DNA from: Folioceros fuciformis
Lineage: Eukaryota
Length of the DNA: 64,000 bases
Reading direction: 5' to 3'
Assembly: GCA_049999805.1 (NCBI GenBank)
Contig: JBNGIO010005951.1
Span: forward strand, 132,700 to 196,699
The notes beneath the pieces were generated by a model that was given only the letters and a program-made list of their open reading frames with translations, made no database searches and was not told where the DNA came from. A program made the translations under genes and the position numbers. This document shows, piece by piece, positions 1 to 11,400 of the stretch (within the stretch, counting starts at the first letter, position 1; each line of letters begins with the position of its first letter).

Positions 1-2236
1 GAGCCTCACGAGCCTCCAAAGGTAGAGAATCCCTCACTTGCCTAAGAGACACTTGTAAAGGGAAAATGCCCTCCTCAATACCTGAAATAAAACTTTCAAG
101 AACAGGGGAATCTTGTAGCAAAAAACGAGAGGCCAAAATTGGAGCTGAGAGGGCCTAGCTGCCGAGAAAGGCAACTGGGGCAGAGGCCTCCATGACCAAA
201 AGACCAACCCCTCCAAAGGCGGCTGGCAAAGAAGCCTGCTTATGAGCGAAATCACCGACAGCACACTCGAAGGTGCCCGGACCTATGATGTTCCCAAGAG
301 CCTGCATAACTTGAATGTCAAACTTCCTGAGACTTGATAAGAAAAATGGAGAAGGCGCAACAATTTTAGTGAGGTAATTTGGTCGCCGTGCAAAACAAGA
401 AGAAAGGATACCAAACGCAATCTAAGGATTACCGATTTGTGAGAGGTCCATGATATGAGCCAAATCTTCATCCAACGCTTCATCTACAAACATATGAACA
501 AAATCAGGAGGTCCCACAGGCACACCCAAGACTCGTGAGGGGGTGATATCCCCCCCCCCCCCCCCCCCAAATATTGAAGGGGGGGAGTGATGCTTGAAGG
601 GGACCAAACCCTGCATTTCAATAGCTTGACCCTTGAAGAGCTCTAATAAGAAGAAATCAAATGCTTCTTTGACTGTGACTCTTGCCCTAGAATATGAGTG
701 TTATCAGCCACGGAAGCGAAAAGGCATTCCCGAAATGCTAAGGCAGTAGATAGAGGACAACGCACGAAAATGCGCCATTGCAAAAAGAGCACCCCCTAGT
801 GGATCCCCTTGCCTTGTGCCTGTTGCTAAATCAAAAACTAAGACCCGCTCAATAGTCGGGCCGTGTTGGTAGTAGAGCTTGGATGGCGAGCCATAGAAGG
901 AGCAAACAAAAGGGATAAGACTTGCCAATTGACCTCCTGCACTCTTGAGCTCCGAGAAGATGGCGACCCTACAGAGGGTGTTGAAAGCATTCTCAATATC
1001 AACCTGCAAAGCTACGCAATAAGGATGTAACTCAAGGGCCGCCTGGATTCCAAGAGCGGCAGATTCACACCCACCTGGGGTAGCAATCCCAAATTGGTGG
1101 GGTGTAAGATGCGCTTAGAAGTACTCCCGAAGTTGAATTGCGATACTTCGGCTGATAAGGCGCAAAAATACCTCCCCCACAGCAATAGGGCGCACTCTTC
1201 AGGTGGGCTTTTCCAATGCAAGTAGCCTACTAGCTGCCAAAACTCGAGAGATTCGATTGGGAACTTTGCCCTTGGCCACAGTAGCTACTAGTGTATAAAG
1301 CTCTGAAAAACCACTTGAGGGATTCTCAGGAGAAAAATAATCTCAAAAGTGGTCATAAATTGTGCCAGACAAACGCCATGAAGAAAGTCGTGGCGCAAAA
1401 GAGAGTGTATGAAAAAAAAACAACCCTATCCAAGCAAAAAGGCTCCTCGACCGTGTGGTCAAGAAGATCTTGCGGTATAGCTTCATGAGGTTCTGGATGA
1501 AGGGCACGAAGTGCAGAAATGGTGTCCTCAGTTGCAGATGCAGCTGGCTCTAGGCGCAATGCTCTAGTAGCCCGAACATATTCACCATCCCTGCCCAACA
1601 TGAGACACCACTTAAGACGTGCTTTAAATGGGTCATGGCATACCTTGTCAACCTTAGCTGACTCCAATCGAGATTTTGCTGCTGGTAGATCCTCCTCCTG
1701 AAGAGCTTGCCAATCTCCGGATTGAAAACGGCGAAGTCGAGAGGCCATCTCCCTATGACCTGACGGACCACCCCTAGAGCACCGAAGGCACCATCTAGGT
1801 AAGGAAAGGAACAAAATCCAAGCACTCTCATCCCTCGGGTCCCGAGCAAGGTGATCCAAGGGAAGACGATAAGCAAGGCGAATATCATCATGTAGGCGCC
1901 TGGGAGACGTCGGAAAAGGCGAGGACATGGAAAACGAGCATGGAGAAGAGCCAACAAGTGATCAGATTGCCCTGGAAGCCACAACCAAGCCTCCGAGGAT
2001 GACCCTAGAGGATTGGTAGCTGGTTCAGAGGAAGAAGCAAGTCGCACTTGTGCCACCCAAGTGGTCCTATTGAAGTCCTTATGCTTGTGACCAATATGGC
2101 ACTTCACCCCCTTGACCTCGGAGCAAAGTTGAGAACACACTTGGCAAGGGGTGTCCTTGACAGATAAAGGCTGGGTGTCACGCGCCATGTGATAGAGGCA
2201 TGTAGAAAGTCTTGTAAAATGATCAAAACCAAACAA
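1..2236 (-). mobile_element. Decayed non-LTR retrotransposon, CRE-like clade (C2H2 finger + reverse transcriptase), runs off the window edge
   Basis: Collinear broken ORFs on the minus strand: C2H2-like CQVCSQLCSEVKGVKCHIGHKH; AWILFLSLPRWCL..RGG..RLRRFQSGDW; RT motifs VDIENAFNTLCR, FYGSPSKL, TGTRQGDPLGGALFAMA; post-RT VLGVPVGPPDFV. Multiple frameshifts and stops. Confidence 0.85.
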
Positions 2237-2254
2237 TTGTACTCCTCATTGTAA

Positions 2255-2970
2255 CCCATAACCCTATAATGCCCTCCATATGCTCCACTCTAAGCCGTTC
2301 AACCCTAGACCCATTTTGCTCCACAATGTTTATAAAATGCTAAACCTACTTTTCTCCATCGTGTAACTAAACCCTAAACCTATTCAGCTCTGCCATGTGA
2401 CTAAACCCTAAACCCATTTTTGCTCCATAATGCTGATAAAACCCTAATCCATTTTTCTCCACCATGTCGCTACACCCTAAACCCACTGCACTCTGCCATG
2501 CAGCTAAACCCTAAACCTATTCTGCTCCATCATGTCGCTCAATCCTAAACCTATTTTTCTCCGCAATGCCTTTAAACCCTACATCCATTCTCCCCCATCA
2601 TGCCCTAAATCCATTCTGCTGTTGCCATGCTTGTAAACTGTAATCCCTTGTTCCTCTGCCATGCCACTAAACCCTAATCTCATTCTGCTATGCCATTTTA
2701 CCAAACTCATTCCACTTTGCCCTGCCGCTAAACCCTAAACCTTACTTGCTTTCTCCACTATGTCGGTATACCATTTTCATCCAGTATACCNNNNNNNNNN
2801 NNNNNNNNNNNNNNNNNNNNNNNNNNNNNNNNNNNNNNNNNNNNNNNNNNNNNNNNNNNNNNNNNNNNNNNNNNNNNNNNNNNNNNNNNNCGCTTTGCCT
2901 TGCCACTAAACCCTAAACCTTACTTTCTTGCTCCACCATGTCGGTATACCATTTTCATCCAGTATACCAT
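2255..2970 (+). repeat. Degenerate ~40-45 bp minisatellite carrying the plant telomere motif (TAAACCCTAAACC); spans a 100-N gap
   Basis: Recurrent 'ctaaaccctaaacc(c/t)att...ctcc/gccatg' units, for example near 2367, 2401, 2505, 2728 and 2906. Confidence 0.85.
2791..2890. other. Assembly gap (100 N)
   Basis: Run of N. Confidence 1.
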
Positions 2971-3087
2971 TCCTACAAGCAATTCTACACCACTCATATT
3001 GTTTTTATATTGCTCCTCTAATATACCATCACATCGCTCATTCTCCTCTGGATGTCTTGGGCCATGCTCTATAACACTCCTACGTAT

Positions 3088-3541
3088 ATGGCCACACCCT
3101 TCCACCGTAGTGCACCGCACCATACTGCACTGCACCATATTGCTCCACCATTCCACCCTAGGCCACACCGCTCCACCGTAGTGCACCATTCCGCTCTAGG
3201 CCACATTGTTCCATCGTAGTGCACCACACCATACTGCCCCACCGCTCTGCCCTAGGCCATACCGCTCCACCGTTCTGCCCTAGGCCACACCGCTCCACCG
3301 TAGTGCACCATTCCGCCCCAGGCCACATCGCTCCACCTTAGTGCACCACACCATACTGCCCCACCGCTCCACCCTAGGCCACACCTCTCCACCGTAGTGC
3401 ACCATTCTGCCCTAGGCCACACCACTCCACCGTAGTGCACCATTCCGCCCTAGGCCACATCACTTCACCGTAGTGCACCACACCATACTGCCCCACTGCT
3501 CCGCCCTAGGCCACACCGCTCCACCGTCCGCCCTAGGCCAC
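3088..3541 (+). repeat. GC-rich minisatellite, ~38 bp core with longer and shorter variants
   Basis: About 10 copies of 'ccctaggccacaccgctccaccgtagtgcaccattccg', some extended by 'caccatactgccccaccgctc'. Confidence 0.92.
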
Positions 3542-4524
3542 TAGAAAGTAGAGCGTGAACCATTATTAACTAATGAACCATCTATGAGTACGAAGTTTAG
3601 TGCCACAATACGACACCCTTTACTCTCTCATTGAATTCTTGGAACTCTTGGAACACTTGAAGAGATCAGGCCAAAGGGTGAGCTCCCAATTCTTGACAAA
3701 GTAAAATCAGCGTAGTATTAGTGAATCGTTTGGAGATTGTGGAATTTTGAGTTTTTCGTCTTGCTTGTACCAATAACTTGGTCATGTGGCATACGGCAAG
3801 ACTATGACTGGCTACAATGCTCCTCGTCTAAAACCCCCGTGGCTTTGCTTAGACCCTCTAAAACGTCCACGTAGTGAGACAACTTTGTAGGATTGGGTGA
3901 TACATTGCCCAAGAAGTGGGAGACACAGAACGCTTACTCTAGTTTCGGATGAGCTAGATTCTCCTCATAGTATGGATTTCCTTTAGTACCCTCCATCGCA
4001 TAAGCTCTCCAAGTATCATCTACAACCTTAGCTTGTTTCAACCATGCTTTTCAAACCCCCTCGCCCATGCTTGTTTGTAGCCACCTAAAGATGGATCTAA
4101 TGTAATGGAAGGGGATTGCATATTCTTTCCTAACCACCTCAACTTCCTACTTACAAAACTTGGCCATGTCGCACGAGTGCCCAATTTGAGACAACCCTTG
4201 TCTGCTAGTCCTGTTAAGAATTTAGAAGCAAAACATGCGGTGTGTAAGGCTTGGAATCCATATGATTAAATGTGTGCAGAGGGAACCTAGAACATCATTC
4301 ATGTAGATAGGCTTAGCAAGAATTATGAAGGCTTTGAACATCGTTCGAAATATTTTGGGTCTATTTGCTGACCCTTCTTTCCTTGCGTACATTACCCCAC
4401 TTCTCACCCTCAAAGTGCCTATTGTCCTCTAAGACTTGCTACCCCAAGATGAGCGATGAAGACCTTGCCCCATCACCCTTGCAACCTCTTCCCCCACAAC
4501 CATCTTGACCTTCTTGCCATTCAA

Positions 4525-4547
4525 ATATATATATATATATATATATA
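4525..4547. repeat. (AT)n microsatellite
   Basis: Uninterrupted ATATAT run. Confidence 0.9.
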
Positions 4548-5400
4548 TGATAGTTGTTGAGCAATTGCTTGTTATAGACTCGTATGCATTTGAATTATAT
4601 TGTTGGTGAACTAAAAGCTGCATGCTAGATTTTTGAAAGCTTAAGTCACAAAGGATATGGTGGCATGGACAACCCCCCCTTGCTAGGAATGTTCATATAT
4701 ATAAAGGCTCAAGCAAGAAGCTCTTGTTATGACTAGATGAATCCAGCAAGAGAGTCTCATTTTGCAACTAACCTCCCCAAACCAAGCATACTCTAAACAA
4801 ATGAGGAGAAACGTGAAGACCTATAGGATTGATGAATTGCCAAGTAGGTTCTCAAGTTGAAATGTTTTCTTCATAGACCCTATCTCCTAACCCATGTCCT
4901 TATTGGAAATAGATAAGTCATGATCCATATCGTTTTGCCTAATATTAAGCTTAGGCTAAATGGATGCATATTTATAAAAACTCTAGAATTAAGCATCTTG
5001 TACATAGCTATGTCCCTAGAGTTACTCCAAGGAAAAATGTTCTTTGAAGTTAGTAATTAAGTATACTATGATAAAAAATAATAAGTTCTAGTCCTATCCT
5101 AAAATGCTATAATAAAAGTGTGATGCAATTGAATGGCCATACATTGTATGGGACAAAGGGATTTCGGAGACTATTTTTATGTATAAAAAATGAGTTATGC
5201 TATATAGATGGAATAAAAAATCAAGGTATAAAATAGATCATATTTAAGACTCTCATGTCTTCATTTCATCAGACCTATAGCACTTGGCCACTTGCGAAGA
5301 CGCTAATTTACTTCCACTTTATCAGACTTCGTAGCTGAGAACATTTTCATTCCCAACATCTAGCTGCTTCCCAAACTTCACTCATCCGCATAGTAATTAC

Positions 5401-8400
5401 TTACAGAAACCAAAATGCTCCCGCTGCAACCAAAAGGAAGCCCTGGATCCCAGCCCTGCTCCGTGGGCTGCCGCTAACAATCTGAACAAGCAAGACACGT
5501 GACGAAGTTGCATTCCTAGGTACTTGGACGGATATTTGTCCATCGTTGTACCCAGTACCGTAGAATATAGTGGGACTGCTGCCATCTTCTCCGCTAACTC
5601 CAGCAATTGCATATGTGGTGTTCTTCACAGGTGGATGGAGATCCACAAACGAAACAACTGCGGTAACAGCATCATCAACAATACCAGATATAGTAAAATC
5701 ACAGACCTGATGGACGGCCACCAGGGCGTCAAACCAGTCCACTGTTGTCCACTGCAAGACATTCAGGGGAGCAAACATGGGGAAGCAAGCAACGGCGGCC
5801 CCTGCAGTGCCCGTCCCAGACAAGATGGAAATATCAAGTTGGAAATTGGCAACAGAGGAGGTCAAATTGTTGGTGAAGCTTGTTCCCAGATCCACACTGG
5901 CAGCAGCCAGGGAAAAAGATGGGCGAAATACATAGCTTGGCAAGTTGAGAGCAATGTCATTCAAGAGCATGTGAGCCAGGTAGAGGGGCATTCGATATGC
6001 CCGGCGTGCAAGGCTCTCTGCTGTCGGTGTACAGCTGGATTGTACGGCGGACAGGAATCCGTCCACTGCGTCAAAGAAACAGGGATTGTAGGGCTGTCCA
6101 GATGCTGCAGCTGCACTTAGATGGTGACCAGCAACTACCATGAGCTTGTCTTCAAAAATGCTGAAGGATGTATTCAAGCCCTGCGCACCTACGTTGCCAG
6201 GTGCTTTGAATATCTCCCCAAGAGCACATGCAAGCGCAATTGCAATGCTGGGCCCAGTCCCAGGGGTCGTCGTGTCACTCACATAGGGGGAAGGAAACTG
6301 CGAATCGGAGGCGGCAATCATCATCAGCATATCATTTACCAACGGAACTACGGAACTGTCGGCGAAGCATTCCGCTCCCTTGAATACGTATAACGAGCCA
6401 AAAACTTCCATGACTTTGAGGGCTTGGAAGTACTCTCCTTGCCCTTGAAGAGTTTGGAATATGTTATATAAAGTATGTTCATCCTGCAAGGAGGAAAACG
6501 TTGACTCTCCAGAAGAAGATACGGCAATGGGTGGAAGCTCAAACAAAGCTCCTTGTGGAGCATCACCTCCTGATATCAAACCTGAGGTGGGATTTGAAAT
6601 GTAAACTCTAAATGTCACATTCCCTGCTTTCACTGCGACATTTTCCACAGAGTTAGCGAGTGAAAGGGGCTGTACGACTGTTTCCATTCCTCCTTCAAGA
6701 ATGTATCTGAACTCGTACTTGAGCGCTCCTATGCCTTGGCCTGGAGTCCAATCATAAGCAATGAGGTTGTACAATGTCTGGCCAGCAATGTTAGATTCCG
6801 AATTTGCGCTCAAAATGACACTGCCACCGGTAGGGTCATGTACAGTGTCTACTGTTAAGTTAGCGCTTCCGGGGTGACCGAACTTATCAGATGCGTTGCA
6901 GGAAAACGTATAAGAGATTCCTCCTAAAAGAGTATTTGCTGGAATCAGCAGACGGTGGGACACAGCAAACACAGACTGGGAACTAACCAAGTCCCTCTGA
7001 TCCACGGGAGACCAGATTGACCATTTGTAATGATACAGACCGTCTGTGCATGACACCTTCAGCTGCTTTGATCGGTCAATTCCCTGGGCAACAACAGCCG
7101 CATTCTCAATCACCGCAGTGACGGTTGACAGGTGTGATCCCGCAGTCACAAGAACCCACGCCGTTACTCCAGTACGACCTGATATTAAGGGTTCTTTATC
7201 CACACTGACAGAAAAATTGTACGTCCCATCCGCAAGGTATCCACCAGGAATTGTAATTTTTTTACCAAATCCATTCCCAGAAGATGACTCATATAGGGGG
7301 GACGCATTTACGCCCAGGTCTGGATCACAAGACCAAGCATATCTGAACTGCAAACTTTGGCCGTTAAGGTCAACGGAATAATCTGGATCATACGCGTCTA
7401 CTTCCAACGTGGTGTTTTGAGATGAGTCTACCGTGCGGTTGCCACCAATTATCGCGACTGATAACGATGAAGATTCAGCTGCCAGAGCAACACCCGCCTC
7501 GGAAAAAGACATCGGGAAACCTTGCATCGAACATCTCACAGTAAAGTTGTACACATACCCAGCTTCCAAAAGCTCACCCCGAACACTCAGAACCCGTGCT
7601 TTCCACACGATTGAAGAGGAATCCAGTATGGGTCCGCCGGACTGTGACCACTCATATAGAAGAGAAGGCTTTGGAGCTGAAGGTAACGCTGGACCACAGC
7701 TACCGTTTGATGCTAGCACTGCCATGGAAGGGAGAGAAGCCACTGCCTCAATTTCAAAAAGCTGGCCACGAGTACCATAAAGGACGCCATCAGCGACAGG
7801 AATGGTTAGCAGTGGAACAGGCACATGCATCGTGCGTACTGTGATTGATCTCCTGCTGTGCATTCCAATAAAATTCATGACTGTCACAATAAACGTGTAT
7901 TTTTGCCCAGCTTGTAGCATGTTTGCACTCAGAACAGCTGTCATCGTAGATGACGGCACTTCATTGAGCGATTGAGCAATGGCAACAAGGACGTCTTGAT
8001 CTCCTGTTCCTTCAACAGAGTACTTAAATATCAAGGGTCGCCCACCAGAGCCGGATGAATCTGACGCATCCAACACAAGCGTATCACAAGGACTTATTGA
8101 AGTTGGTGCTATCAATCTTGCCTTAGGTGCTAATGGTGCATCAGGTGGCATGAGCACCACAGAGCCTGTCACAGGAAAGGAATTGGCCCCAGCACCAGAG
8201 ACGGAATTGTCCAATAGTCCAATAACATCAGGCGATTCAGCATCTGCTGGCAGGATTGAGGCATCGTGCCCCAGGAAAATAAGCAATGTCCTTGGGTCTT
8301 GGAATGTGCAGGATGGATTTGTCCCTAGCTTTAGCAGCAGTGAAATGTTGAACAATCTGCTGCATCCTGTTGAACTGAATTCCCTACTCTGAGAACCCCC

Positions 8401-11400
8401 ATCCGTGTCACTGTCGAACAAAATAGTAATGTGTGCTAAGTTGTCTGACAACTGGGCTGACAAAAGTTGAGGTGACGGAGCTGGCAGTACATCCACCGAG
8501 GTTTGAAACACCATGTCTCCCCACATCAGTGACATGTTTACCGTTCCTGGCATGGTAGGCAGGACAGACATCGAGAAAGAATGAAGGCCACAAGACTGCT
8601 GGCCAGCAGCGTCCCAAGAACACGCAGACGTCATTTCTACCAAATATGGCGGGCTTGTCATTATCTGTGGAATACTGTAGTTCACATTACCGAAACCGTC
8701 AAAGGCCGTGTATTGCAGCACGACCATTGTACCAGCTGTAATGCTGACTAACGGTAAAGTAGTCACCAACGAGGATGGTTCAATGGGACCTGCCAATACA
8801 GTGATAGTCTCTACCTTCGCCCAATCTGACTTCTGAAGGTTTCCTGTGATTTTCGAGGTGGCATTCGATGCCACAATGGTGTATGAGCCCACTATAGTAA
8901 GCGTGAAAGACACTAGTACGGCCGTGCTATTCACCTGGGGTGAAATTGATGCTCGAATTGAGGCGCTCGCATCAACTGGCTGTAGTTCAACACAGATATC
9001 GTCCCAAACAGCCGCTCCATCAAATGTATTCAAGTACGAGTCCTTCGGAATAAGCTCAAATCCACTTTCCACACCAGCATAGAAAATAGGCAACTTTGAT
9101 GGGAAGATTTCAAAACATGAAAAATCAAAAGCGGCAGGCTTGACGTGGAGAGGAACGGTCCGGGCGAAGGCTCCATTCACGGTGATACTCAACAAATAAT
9201 CACCTGACAAATAAGGGTAGATATGGAGCTCCGTCACGACACCAACACCGTACAGGGAAATGTAGGAATTAAAGAGAGCCTTGCTGGGAAGCAATTGCAA
9301 AGCCGCTGAAAATATGTCAGGAGAATTTAAGATATTGAAAATTTGTTTGTTGCCATAAGCATCGAATGCTTGTAACAGGAGTATTGTCTCCTCACCAGCC
9401 ACAAGTGCAGTACCGGGATCAAATGCATGCAGCCCATCAGAGGTGAGAATCTGTGTGTTCTGGGGGTATGAAGGGCCAGGCAACAGATTCACAACAAATC
9501 CACTGTTTTGAATAAACTGCACCCCATCAGTTACTTCAATAACATATCTCTTGCTTACGGTATCCGTGATTGTAAAACCATAAAGCCCACTGCTGGTAGG
9601 GGCCACAGATACTGGGACTCCAGAAACTGTTGCCTGAAACGTGAGAAGGCTTGGGTCAGGCGCGGGTATGTCCATACCATCCTTATCTCTGACCTGTAAA
9701 TTGATTGTTAAGTTCGAGCCAACTGTAGATCTGATAGGTTTGGAAGTGTGAATTGGTACTCCATACGAGTCCAAAGCTGCACAATTCTTCAGTGACCAGA
9801 ATCCAGGTCGAGCCTTGACTTTGACATACCTCACGGATCCTACTTTCAGCCCACGATAGAGAACTGTGATTGCCAGATCAACCGCTGGCCTCACAGGAAT
9901 GTATGTAAACATAACAGTTCCGTCTGGCAAGAAAAAGGGGGCTGGGCGAACAGGAACAACATTTATGGGGCTGAAGCTCAGGCTCCAACTTCCATGCAGA
10001 TGATTCGATATTAGGTTTCCATCTGAATCCCTCATGTGGATGTAGAAGGTGGCGGGCCAATTCACAATCCCGCCAGCATCAATCCCAGGCCCAAACAAGG
10101 CAAAATTAGGGACAAAAGGAAGTCCAGGCCCTACCACAGCAGAATATGGTGCTGAGCTACTGGAATTCAATAACATTTCATTCGAGATGTTCAACGAGAA
10201 GAGAAGAACACCAGGATGCTGAGTTAAAAAGCGTACTTCATAAAAAGTCCCTGTAAACGATAAGTTTGCTTCAGGGTACCATGCAAATGATGGGAAGGTG
10301 GTTGACATAAGGGTTACTAAAAACAGTGAGGTATCCAACACATCTGCCATAATCGCGTTCGAAAATTTGTCAAAGATCTGGATCTGAACTTTGCCCACTT
10401 CATGTGATACATATCCACCAGAATCAAATGTAACAATAGTTGTGAGAGCATTTGGTGGTCCAGGAAAAACTTCGACGTAGTCACGAAAAAACACTTGTCC
10501 CCCAAAATATGCCTGCACTGTGTAGTTGCCACTCGTCTTGACGGAGTACATGAACAAGTAAGTCCCGTCTTCATTGTCAACAAGTGTGATGGTGGAATTT
10601 ATATCATCGTTACTCACGGACACCAGAAAATTGAGGCCACCAACCCAAAGCTGATTGTCAAAAGAATCTCTGCTCACAACAACAACGTTTCCAACTGATC
10701 CGGCAACGAGGATGCGTTCCTTCAAGACGACTGTGCACTTTGAGATATCAGCAGGCCCAGGTATCACACGAAGCTTGGTGCTGAGTACAATTGACTCACC
10801 AAAGCGTACAGTGATACTCGTACAGTTCATATTCAAGACAGTACCTGCGTGCTGACACATATATACGTATTGGTAGACCCCATTCCCAAGGGGCCCCATT
10901 GTTGCTATGTCAGATTCACCGGGCGCATATTCTACATGTTTACTTATCTCAAACCAGTCTGTCACTGTGGGTCGAATATTTCCATACTTATCAAACGAAA
11001 CTAGTGTTATGCTGTGCATGTCTCCAGCCATACAGCTGCTAAACGAGCTAGGCCGTACGACACAGTGCTCTGCACTTACAGGCCCAGGGTTCACATGGAT
11101 GTGAAAGGGAGAGTTGAGGATACTTCCCATACCTCTCCGGACATGTACAAGTCCATAGCCAGCAAACATCGGAGTGTAGTAAACTTCATACTCAGTTCCT
11201 GTCCATTTGGGATACATGGATGGCGGTTGCAGATGAGAATCACCCTTGTCATTGAACATGTCCAGCACCACAGAGAAAGAATCTCCACCTGTAAAAATTC
11301 GGTTGCCAAACATGTCATATGGTTGTATTGTGAGCTTTACTGGCATCCCCGCATAGATAAGAGCACCCTCCCCAATTCCATCACCAGATGCAGTACAATA

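Noticed and set aside
2900-3443. Repetitive MVHYGG.VWPR peptides
   Set aside because: Translation by-product of the minisatellite; the 38-bp unit is not a multiple of three.
2255-3541. CRISPR-like repeat/spacer appearance
   Set aside because: The inter-motif sequences are homologous to one another, no cas genes are present and the context is eukaryotic. These are minisatellites.
3560-4520. Possible LINE remnant
   Set aside because: Looks like decayed TE sequence, but I could not read a convincing RT or endonuclease motif.
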